A DNA stretch of 64,000 nucleotides from contig JYFJ02001947.1 in NCBI GenBank assembly GCA_000934665.2, forward strand, positions 1 through 64,000, read 5' to 3'. Below are positions 1 to 10,733 of this stretch, piece by piece. Below the pieces are notes generated by a model, which saw only the letters and a list, made by a program, of their open reading frames with translations, ran no database searches and was not told where the DNA came from. Both the position numbers and the translations under genes were made by a program. The stretch is from Catajapyx aquilonaris (Eukaryota). Numbering within the stretch: the first letter of the stretch is position 1; each line of letters begins with the position of its first letter.

Positions 1-48
1 CCCATCATCACAGGATGTTACTCTCGAACTGATACTTCAAGGGGTACT

Positions 49-187
49 CTCTCAAAAGCAACGTGTATCCATGGTACACAGCGTTGCGGTTTTTTAATGC
101 ACATTGTGTACTGCATTATGTACATTAGTTAGTACAATGCAGTACACAATTTGCTGTGTATACCATGCATACACATGGTTTTTAGAG
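49..187. repeat. Imperfect palindrome / foldback MITE relic
   Basis: ctctcaaaagcaacgtgtatccatggtacacagc...attgtgtactgcatt pairs with aatgcagtacacaat...gctgtgtataccatgcatacacatggtttttagag. Confidence 0.7.
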
Positions 188-329
188 CGCTTAAAACTTG
201 GCATAGATAAAATCCTTCTCTATTGAAAAAATACTTGTGGATCGCTGCGAGAGCCAATAATAAATTGATATGAAGAAATTAATATGAAGAAAAGATAACA
301 AACTCTGCTCGAGTATATGTGCAGGATGT

Positions 330-951
330 TGGAAAACAAAAGAGGAACTACACTCACTATTCCCAATTGCCCTCAATGTGAATCATGAGGACACTGTTGA
401 GCTCACCTCATTAGAGGCCTCCAAAATGGTCACAGAGTGGTGCATGACTTTGCTGCACAACTGAGGAATCGTGTGACTGCCATATGCTTTGTGACTGGTC
501 TGAATAAAGAAATATATGCCATGACTTCAGTTCCAACCACCTACATAACATGTGGTCTCTTTCAACACAATTTACTCATGTTCTTTAAGTGCATTGGTCA
601 TTTACAGGTATACCAAGCATACTTTCTCCTCTTGCTGCTGGAATGTGAAAATGGCAGCAGTGCAAAAAGAGGTAAATAGGAGATGTGGAATCAAGGAATT
701 GGTCAAGGTGAAGAGTGCAAGCAGGAAGGATGGCCTCCACTATGCTTCTATTGGTGGAAAGGATGAGGTGGTGACATACCTTCTCAGTGTGGGATGGCCA
801 GTTGATCTGAAATATGGTGGCGGGACGACTTCTCTTCACTACGCAGCTGAAGCTGGTCATTCCTCTGTCCGCAGTATTTTGATTATAGGAGGAGCAGAGG
901 TTCATAAGAAGAAAGCCGTTGGGAATGCTGCCATTCATTTAGCTGGCTTAA
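330..951 (+). pseudogene. Decayed ankyrin-repeat coding sequence, truncated at a TTAA site
   Basis: ORF 552-989 contains GLHYASIGGKDEVVTYLLSVG, TSLHYAAEAGHSSVRSILIIGGAEV and GNAAIHLA, all matching the ankyrin consensus TPLHxAAxxGHxxVVxxLL. Upstream frames hold further broken repeats (NHEDTVEL, NGHRVV). Similarity stops at TTAA 948-951. Confidence 0.7.
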
Positions 952-2300
952 CCCAGATATGCCCGGGAAAGTTTTTGTTGAATTTTTAAACTTTTTTTGT
1001 TTCTATTAGTTCATATTAGTTCCCAAACACAAAAAAATCGAGATAAAACATTTTTCTGAATTCTTGTTTGCGAGAAAATGGCCGTCCCTTATAATTATGG
1101 GATGCTAGGAAAATGTAACCTAGTATGGCTATAATAGTTGTTGATTACATTACCATGGCAACAATGACATTCAGCAATGTGTCCATATTGTCATAATAAC
1201 TTATCACCAATGATTGATTGTTGTCGACTGCCTTTAAAATTTAAGGCACAGTTGGACATTTGACAGGAAATTATAGTGCCTTAAAAGCCATACTGTGATC
1301 TTTGGACAGTTCCAAACACGCATCTGCCGTTCACCATGTAAGTTAACATGTTTCTCTTCTCTTTTGCTGCTGGTATAATAATACTTTTTGACGCACACAT
1401 ATTTGACAAGCCATGGGAAATGATTTATTAGCTTCAGGTTACAGTTTGTTGGGACTACAGTCAGACATCATCAGAATTTGGCTTTGGAAATCTCTACTTT
1501 CACGATCATTATCTTTTCTCTCACTTGATTAGCACCTTGAGGAGCATTTCACTCATAGTCGTCAAAGACGTACATTTCACACATATATGTATATTAAATC
1601 CAAATTATTTTTGCTAGCTTCTGATGTCTTAGTGCGTTGTAGGCTTGTAGCTACTACTCGACAGGCACTAAATAGATGACATTATTGACATCACAGCAAC
1701 ATACAGCACTGACGCAAGATACACACAGCATTTCTGAAGATGGAGTTCCACTTTTTGAAGAAAACCACACATACACTGACCTCTTTTGAGCATGAGTTCT
1801 TTTGCGAACTGCAAAAATAGCAAATACATAAATCTCGGCATGAACTTCAATATATACCGACTGTATACAGACAGCCTTATGAGTCTCAAGTCGTGCGCAC
1901 GTCATCGGCAACTGGAGCATGAAATTACGATGACTCGATTTGACTGCACATTCTACACTGTTAAAAAAAGTTGAGTACAAAAGGTATCAGATTGCCTCAT
2001 CTAGGTAGCTTGGCTGCAAATATTTCTACCTGAAGTTCAGTTCAAGAGTGATATTTTGATGGGCAGTTTCTAGAATAGCGTTTGAAGTCTTACTTCATAT
2101 ATCAATATATGTCACGGCCTTGAAACCGTTTACTTTGTCAAAAAGCGCATGATGCCCGCAATGGTGGATTACGTATGGAATCCAAATCATGCGTCCACAG
2201 TCATGATTGTATACATATGACATACACAGTTAGCGTCATGCAACATTCAGATGCAGTTGTGTACAGTAGTGTACAAACATCGCGCTTATACGTACTTCTG
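952..2300 (-). mobile_element. Highly decayed piggyBac-like DNA transposon (3' end and C-terminal transposase remnants)
   Basis: TTAA|CCC terminus at 948-954. Minus-strand remnants resemble the Cys-rich C-terminal domain (KRGQCMC...QKCCVYL, about 1700-1800) and upstream catalytic-domain segments with stops. The other terminus was not found. Confidence 0.4.
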
Positions 2301-4265
2301 CTTGAGCAAACAAGCGGCGCCAAAATGATTTTGGAAACAAACACAAGCTACAGTATTGTCTAGTGCAATAGTCTTATCGCATTTCGATAAGAAAATGTCT
2401 AAACAGGGGGCTGTCGTGTTTTGCTTTATCTTTACAGCATGTCAGCTATTTGCACAATCAAAAAAACCTATCACTGAAAACCTGATATGAGTAAATTGAA
2501 ACACTTGGTGCATAAATGCTGTCTATATTTTGTGACACTTTATGTAAAAGTATTTACTAAGTAGATTTTATTACACACCTACGGTCGGTTCTTAGCCGTA
2601 ATTTTTACTATAACGCTAATAGTAGTGAAAAGCCCGACAGAAAAAAAACCACCCCAAGAATGCAAGAATACTCATCCTACATTATACTAGTGGTAACACT
2701 GGTAAAACCAGGGCAACTGCACTTTGTATGTAATAAAATGCACATATTGCATACCTTTACACAAAATACAGGGGCCCAAAACGCAGAGGTTTATGCATCA
2801 AATGTGTCAATTTACACACACCAAGATTTCGGTGTAGTGTACGCGTCCTAATTTTCATTTTACGCTCATGCCTGAGAATACAGACACCTGCTAAGATCAT
2901 TATTTCACGAGTGCACTAATTTTCAAAATAACGAGATACAAATTATAGGAATGCTGCTTCAGAGCAGGAGATTTAATCCCGTGATAGTTTTAAGATTCTC
3001 GTTAACGCCGTCCTGAGAGTGTAAACTTCGAAACAGTCATATTGCAAAAAAAGGTATCTGTTTTGCTCACCCACGAGCTCACAACCTTGGTGACACTCTG
3101 GACAAGTCAAATTTATTACTGAATAATGAAAAATGTTTTCTTGAAAATTTAGCGCATGCATATTCACTACAGTAGCAGTAGGCTTCTGCCCCTTCCTACA
3201 GATATCCACACAACAACAGGCAGCAAGGGCTCACTTTTAGTTCCTAGATGCCCCGCTAGATGCCACAGCTCGACACTATCTGTGTAATATTCTGGTTCCA
3301 AATCAGAATTTTTCAAAATTATCCAACAGGTTCATTCATTACCATTTGATAGTCATTTTGACGCCACGAGATGATGGTAACATGGCTGTTAGTTATGAGT
3401 TTGAGAGACTGGAATTATTCGAAACAGTCTATTCGATTGATATGTAATTGTTGTGTTGTGTTGAATGGTTTCACATTTAGTAGTTGGTACGGTATCGTTT
3501 GTACAGACAACTGTTACTATCTAACGAATCGTCAAGTAACAGAAGTTATGCTGCACATATCTGTTGATTGGATTGCACTGTTGTGAATGGGCATATTCTT
3601 GCCATTCAGGTTTTCAGTCGGATATCATCATTTCAAGATTTGGGTGATTTACAAGTCCGTGACTTATGATTGTATGAGAGTAGAGGGGGCACTTCATCGC
3701 CTGGAACAATTAAACATATCGAATAGTCACATAATATTATAAAATTGTGTGGGATGCAAATTAAAATTTCCGTCAATTTAGAGAACGGATATCATTTTAC
3801 AGCTTATTTTATAGTACGTAGGTATTATTATAAGGAGTCATTGCAATACCAGCGGTCTCTATTATTTCCACGGCAGAATTAAAATTTTTCCTGATTTTAC
3901 AAATTCGTCAATATCAATGCACTTTCTTTTATGGCCAGCTATTTTCCACCACATGACCATATTATGTTTTCGTAAACATTGGAATCCACAAAATCCTGAA
4001 AATCGATAGACCTATAATCCAGTATAAGAGATGCCTTAGCTTAGGGGAAGGCCGTTGTAAACAAGTCCTTCACTTGAAGAAAATACTGCACTGAACCGTC
4101 TAGTACCAGGCCTCAACTTCTTGTATAGGGACAGATATATTGCAATGAAGACCTGAAGTGCCGAACGATCATAGTTTTGACTGATTGCGAGATATTAGGG
4201 TTTGAAATTTGAAGATTCAATCAATTCCTACAAGATTTTCCTCAATAAAGTAAGTATCTCTAAGT

Positions 4266-4506
4266 CAGTGGTTTCCAACCGGGGGGTCGCGGGCAGGGTC
4301 GCGGGGGGTCGCGAGCCTCGGTTAAAAGTTTTTTTTTTTTTGCAATATCTGTGTTAATTGAACAATCTTTGCGGCAGTACTGAGTGTATGTTTTCTGGTT
4401 TCAGTTGTACGAGGGGCTGGGGGATAGAAGAAGGGGGAGGGGGGGGTCGCACATTTATGGAAACATGTTTAGGGGGTCGCAGTTGGAAAAAAGTTGGAAA
4501 CCACTG
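4266..4506. mobile_element. hAT (Charlie-like) MITE
   Basis: TIRs CAGTGGTTTCCAAC / GTTGGAAACCACTG, repeated subterminal GGGTCGC motifs, and a degenerate 8-bp TSD (ctctaagt / ctttaggt). Confidence 0.85.
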
Positions 4507-4669
4507 CTTTAGGTACCTGTAATTTATCAATCAGAATAATCTCTTGGCCATCACAAGTGCACTTCAAGTATACAATCCCTCTTCTATACAATCCGGGTCT
4601 TATTTTCGACTAACTGTGACTGAAATTCGTTCAGTATTTCAGTACCTCAGTTGTTGATAACAGCTATGT

Positions 4670-4987
4670 AGGGAGGCGGAGTGGCGCTGCGGTAACCCAC
4701 GCGCCCACGGATGTTAAGGTGCCGGGTTCTATCCCAGCCCGGGGACACCCCCTTCATCTCATGCAGAGTTTGGGCCATCTCTGGCTTCGTCTCGGGTGGG
4801 ACTCCTTAGACTAACCACCCGGGGGAGTTCACAAAATGACCTCACCCACGACATTGCACTGCACTTTGCACATCCCCTCCTAGTCACCCTGCCCGTGGGC
4901 CCGGGCGTTACACGAAATAGGTACCATGTACTGGATCGATTTAAATAAAGGTCCGTGCCAGACCCTAATAGGGTAAGCACTACCCAG
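4670..4987 (+). mobile_element. tRNA-derived SINE family A (tRNA-Arg(ACG)-like head), tail type 1
   Basis: A box TGGCGCTGCGG and B box GGTTCTATCCC. 14-bp TSD gataacagctatgt (4656-4669) / gataacaactatgt (4988-5001). Homologous to copies at 20171, 36995 and 56111. Confidence 0.92.
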
Positions 4988-6233
4988 GATAACAACTATG
5001 TCCAACAGTACAAGATATGCCAAATACCTGCCAGCGTATCTTATTCTTCATACCGGATGCATACTTTATGCTTTACGCCTTGCTTATAGCCTATGTATTG
5101 CATGCTACCTAACTCCACACGCTTCACCTTACGTTACCCACTCACTAGATATAGCATAGAAAAAATAACTGGACACGAAAACCAATTCCACAATAGTCAC
5201 TGTACAGTTAGTCTCGATGGGAATGCAACAGCACAGTTTCTCTTATCGAAGTGCAAATTTTACACCATAATCTCGCCGCTACTCATAGGGATTGTAAACG
5301 TCGAATGGTAAGAATTGTCACCTTAAAACAAGACTGTACCGTTCACATTCGCATGTTTATGTACATTAAGCAGCAAACAGAGCAGAAACGCTGCCATAAC
5401 CTCGACCCAGTCAACTAGGTGGGCGCATTTCTGTTCTGTTTGCTACTTTTACATTGTATGATGTCATAATCTTCAGCAGCGATCTATAGGCCTATTATTC
5501 CTTCTCTGATTCTTCTGAAGGTACTTAGGTAGCACTATTCATAACTTTTTCTTCCCGAAAATAGTGAACCTAAGAGTAAGTCAGTCACTCTGTCCACTTC
5601 GTCTACCTCTGAAATGTCTGTTTCAGTTCAACAACACCCGCTGCAACAAACATATTCTACAAATTTGCAGTCGCAAACTGGCGCGTAAACACGAAGAAGT
5701 GTTTCATCTGAGATTTAATTCGTGCTTTACATAGGTTAAGCTTCATTAAACCTACGCACACAGCGCAGGCACTGAAGGCGGCCGCATGCTGCACACCAAG
5801 GTCCAAATGATCCGACTCGCTAAGTGTCCCATTTAGGGTCCCGACATCAGTGCAAACCAATTAACTTCCACATGCATTTAAAATCACTCCCATTTGACAC
5901 ATTTCCCAAGAACATATCTGCTGACAGGCAAATGAAAGCTCTCAACGTGTACCCCCGCAGCATTTCTACGGTAAAACACCAGACCTGCTTACAAGATCAT
6001 CCCGACATGTATTATAAAGTAAGATGTAGAGAACAAAAATAAGGAAGAAAGAGCCCAAAAATCCCCCAACTCTGGCCAATGCAGTTTTTACAGTGTACGA
6101 CTGGTATGTACCCAGGGCCTGGAGCTAGCTAGAGTGGCGCTGGTTCACGATGAGCCACGACTCTGTAGCCCATCCAGAGAGGGTTGGCCAACGCCTGCGT
6201 CCATCGCTGCCAGACACCGGGCGACGGCCGCCG

Positions 6234-6463
6234 CTACGTCAGCGACAATGGGTTATACCTCATGATTTTGGCCAGGAAGATCCAAAGGAGAGCGGCCAGG
6301 ATCCCGACGGCCACTCCTCCCCAGCCTAAGTGTAGGCTCCATCCGGACCAGAACACTCGGGCCCATTGGTACTCTGGTGGTATCAAGGTGTCCAGAAGCC
6401 CGCAGTCCCGGTGACCACGACGCTTCAGATGCATGATGCCCAGTGTAAACACGGCGAATGTGG
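6234..6463 (-). CDS. Claudin/PMP-22 superfamily protein, last coding exon (end of TM3, ECL2, GWS motif, TM4, TAG stop)
   Basis: Acceptor tcccattcag|CCACA. Encodes ATFAVFTLGIMHLKRRG...FWSGWSLHLGWGGVAVGILAALLWIFLAKIMRYNPLSLT*, with the GWS motif before TM4 typical of the family. The four exons sum to 795 nt, i.e. 264 aa plus stop. Confidence 0.93.
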
Positions 6464-9400
6464 CTGAATGGGACGACAAAGGGAAAATAAATGATTTAAT
6501 TTGGGAGTTAGTATTATGCTGGCTTTGAGAAGAGCCGGATGGCATGTTGTTGTCTTGGTTACTGGACACTGTGTCTGTTTCAATAATAGTCTGCAATAGT
6601 CTTATAAGGTAATACAACTATACAAGTCTGCTATACATACATGATAATGAAACACAATAATCATTTATTGGTGAGTTTTTTTCACATTTCTAGCGGACAA
6701 AACAAATATAAGTTAGAATTTGGTTCTGTCATTATTTTTTTTAAATATATGGAAACAATAATGGATTCGCACTTTTTGTTCCGTCACTATTGTGAATGAT
6801 AGGAAATAGCCTTCTAGTTGACCACTCAGTTACAATGAGTAGGAGGTAGGGTATTAACAAACATGATATTCCATATCATTCAAGGCACAATCAATCGGCG
6901 ACAAAGCTAAATCTCCATTAATGAATCCAAAATTGCCAAGCCAGCTCGGGTGCCTCAGAAATTCCCTACCAAGTAGGCCTACACATAGCGAGCGATTGTC
7001 CGAACGTCAGGAATTACGATGCACGCATTAAGATTTATTTTTTTTGCAAGTAAATGATAATATTAGTTTGAAACCATACTAATGTAAGACAAAAATATCG
7101 GAGATTTTAAGTGCCCATTGCATAAGGAGTAGAATAGTTCTTGTTATTGATAGTCGACCTCAAAATACTGCTGCAGAAAAAAGTCATGAGGGACAACTGT
7201 AGGTGGGCAGACCTACAGTAAACATTTAAACCACTATGCGCCACTTTATACCAACAGGAGGGAAACATATGATCAACAGAGATAGTAGGAAGCGTCGAGG
7301 CAGAAGAGAAGTTGAGGCGAGTTGAAGTAAGAATAGGAGGCGAGCAATAAGGCCGAGACGTCATTACGAGCCCTTTTGTTTCATTACCTTAATTACACTG
7401 TCACCACCGCACCGCAGAGGTTTGAGAATGAGGGAAGAAAAGCTCCTTTCAGGAACCATACCTATATTTACTTGGTATTGACCAAGAAGAATCTTACAGA
7501 ATTTTGGATCGGATAACAGCACCGGAAATCGAGGAAGATTTCTGAATGACAATGGGTTGTGTATACCCTAGACAATATTGTCTAAGGTGTATACAACTTC
7601 AGTATAAACTACCTAAAAAGAGAGTTAGAACGTGTTATTAAAGGTTAGTACTAGTAGCCACCTGCCTCTTTCAGAATCTCCCTTCATATGCGTCAATCAT
7701 GTTATAGACTGTATACTTTGTTAATCCACACACTTCCCTGTCTGATCCTGTACTTTACAAGTCCCCACTTCCTGCGAGGTTGGCCAGGTACTAAGTGAGA
7801 TGTGTATACAGGAAAACGGAAGCCTGCTATACCATGTGCAGGCTACAATTTCATTATAGTGCTCCTATACGTTTAGACAGGGGTGCACCATCGCGGGGTT
7901 GAGCGAAACCAACAATGGTGCAAACTGGCTTTATTCAAGCACTGCACTGAGTTGGCTAAAAATTAACAATGAGAGTTTTAATGATTCAAAAGATTTCTAT
8001 CCAGCGAACACTGATAAAATATATACACAAGAGCCTGACCTATTCTTGCGCTGAGATTGATGCAATTCTATTATGTATGCATCAAGCTTCATGTTGCATT
8101 GTCCTAATGAGGTTGCTTGGTAATAATCCGTTTTATTAGGCAATAAAATTCCCGTTAAAATTATTCCTGGAGAGACAAGTATCATCTTGGCTTGTTTGTT
8201 CTTTTGCAGGCCAGTAATGTGGCATAAACTGACAAATAATAATGACACTGATGGAGACAAAATAATTTTTTATGTTACATGCACTGTACGTATAAGCACC
8301 AAATCCATCCACACTTTTGCGGGTGGCCGATAGCACATAGGTTGTGGCTTTGATCACAATATAATATGATCACAGTCACATGCAGTAAGCTTTCGAGCAG
8401 CTTTGATGAATAATCCACACAGTTTCGCTCTGCGGAATAAATAACACTGTCAATATGACGAACTCGTGCACAAAATCCAGTGATTAAGCTGTCAAAATTA
8501 TGGATAAATGCACATCATGGCAATGTTACTCATAAATATTACGAATTATATATCTAATGAGATATCTTCCAGAAAGGACAAGCTCTCATGTACTGTACAT
8601 CATATAATAAACGCCCTGCATCAAAAGAGACTCAAATCCGTGTTCACCAGGAACGTGAATTCTGCCACTAAATTACAAAGGCTTATTGGGTTCAAGGATT
8701 GAGTTCAACAGAAGCCCGAATCAATGTAGTTACGAGCATTCCGTAAGGGAATTCTATGCACCGCTTCATTCATATGCTCTGCTGTGAGCCAGTATACCAT
8801 TTTTTGCTCCTCCGAGTGTATTGTCCGAATTAGGAGCATTATGCATGGAGTTACATGGCTGCAACGGGCCCCAAATAATTTGTCGGCAGGGGTCCGCCCC
8901 ATCGATTTTTCAGTTAAACGATCAACCCGTGGTTTTATGACAGGCCTGAGAGGAAAAAAGTTCAATTTGCGTTTTTGCCCAGAACTTGCTTACAAAGTGA
9001 ACGACGGCCATTTGTTAGTAAATAATTGCAGTTGTCAATTTTGATGGATGTTTACATGAGTGAACACTCCGGGAATGTAATGGCTGTACCCTGGTGGAAT
9101 TTAGAGGAACTGATCCAGTGACGATCATTTCGTAGACAACCGATTCATGGCCAGGGTCGTTTTATCGGGAGGTAAATTCAACAGCTAATTCATTTTATCG
9201 ACAGATTGATCCGGCACCACGGTCAGACAGAGTTGAGTAGCACTTGTGCAAAAGAGCCCACACTCTACGCGTATGATAAATTTTGAATGAGTCTCCTAAA
9301 GTAACATTTACGCAGCTGCACCATCACAGGTGGGCTGCATGTGTGGATTATTTGCTCTGCGGATGTAAATAATATAGGACTTATAACAATGAGAATTTTC

Positions 9401-9922
9401 CCGAGATCCTATCTTCAATATTTTTGGGAAATATTATGCGGTATTGAAAAAGGCCACTACCGTTTTCGGAAAAACCAAGGTTGTTTTGGTGAGCCAATTC
9501 GGTTACAACGATACTATTTTCACCAAATGTTTGGAGTGGGTTTTAAGCAATTGACTTGATTTACTATCAGCAGGGTTAGTTGAGTTACAGTTCTTTTAAC
9601 AAGTAGGTCAACTGGATAAGGTCATTTCGCTTCAACTGTCTATCAGAATTACTCAACTCCCAAGTCTCAGCACTGGTTCTTCAAAATTATTGAGGTTCCG
9701 GAGACCAATTGAAACATGGGTATATACTACAGTATAGGCCTACTGTATATGGTGGATAGAAATGGGAATTTTTGGATAGTGAAGTGGGGTTAGTGAACTA
9801 AAGGGGCTAAATGGTCCCACTAAGAAATCCACCATGATTATTTTGTATGTAACAAATAATTTCGTCAAATCAGGCTTTTGTATGTTTGTTTTTTTTCATT
9901 ATTTTCAGGGATGCGCGTTTTT

Positions 9923-10033
9923 TATGTACTATATCGCTCAAAAAATAGAGACGATTGGCATTTGATTCAAGTGCAAGTTGCACTTGAGTCAAATGCAAAA
10001 TCGTCTCTATCTTTTTGGGCGATATAGTACATA
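9923..10033. repeat. Near-perfect ~110-bp palindrome (hairpin MITE)
   Basis: tatgtactatatcgctcaaaaaatagagacgat...caagtgcaa-g-ttgcacttg...atcgtctctatctttttgggcgatatagtacata. Confidence 0.85.
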
Positions 10034-10554
10034 TACAGTATATTATTTTTAATTCGGGATTTTTGAATGGCAATAATATTTTTTTGGCGTCAAAAAACCG
10101 ATTCATGTGAAAAACAAACCACGAGCTATTGGACCAATCACTCGCCAGAAGAAGTGCTTGTTTGTATCCAGAGATCGATCCGAGCGTCCATTCTAATAAT
10201 TCTTCGTGTTGATGCAACTATCCCCATGAACCATCTCAGACGCAGGTCATTAGGTCACTTTTTGTTTCTCCTGTTGGATTTTTATTTCGGATTTATTCCA
10301 CCCTCGGAAATCGAGAAAATCAGAAGACCAAAAAACTGGGGGGGGGGGGGGGTGTCATACGTACACATTTTAAAGCCCCGTTTACATGATTGTGAGTGGC
10401 ACATGATTGTGAGTGATTTTATCGGCGATGAATCCAATTGTTTGGGCGAAAGNGAGTCGCCAGTTCCGCGGAGAGGTTCGGGAACCAAGCAATACGGCAG
10501 GGATAGGGCACTCGGAGGCTCTCAGTTATTAGCTCTTGTACGTACACATTTTAA

Positions 10555-10733
10555 AGCCCCGTTTACATGATTGTGAGTGGCACATGATTGTGAGTGATTT
10601 TATCGGCGATGAATCCAATTGTTTGGGCGAAAGTAACAATCATAGTAACAATCTATTTTCGTCCCAAACAATTACTGGATTCATCGTTCAGCGATGACAT
10701 CGCTGATCAAATCGTTCACATGTAAACGCGGCT
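10555..10733. mobile_element. PIF/Harbinger-type MITE
   Basis: TIRs AGCCCCGTTTACATG / CATGTAAACGCGGCT with a 3-bp TAA TSD (10552-10554, 10734-10736). Confidence 0.85.

Noticed and set aside
4670..4745. tRNA genes at SINE heads (also 20171, 36995, 47483, 56276, 58844)
   Set aside because: A and B boxes are present, but there is no proper acceptor stem or cloverleaf. They continue into shared SINE bodies, with TSDs at 4670, 20171 and 47483.
4790..4910. HDV-like ribozyme in the SINE-A body (GGGTGG...CCACCC-GG; CCC-TGCCCGT-GGG)
   Set aside because: I could not build the nested double pseudoknot (P2, P1.1, J4/2) consistently across copies. Only simple hairpins are supported.
6464..6617. N-terminal part of ORF 6234-6617 (likewise the ORF tails past the donors at 18331 and 44543)
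   Set aside because: These are intronic run-ons of the reading frame beyond canonical splice sites.
7150..7660. Possible LINE fragment on the minus strand
   Set aside because: I could not read any diagnostic RT or C-terminal motif with confidence.
10358..10633. Exact 95-bp direct repeat (10358-10452 = 10539-10633) and ORF 10067-10570 spanning it
   Set aside because: The first copy ends exactly at the N at 10453, so this is most likely a contig-overlap or haplotype assembly artefact rather than a real duplication or gene.
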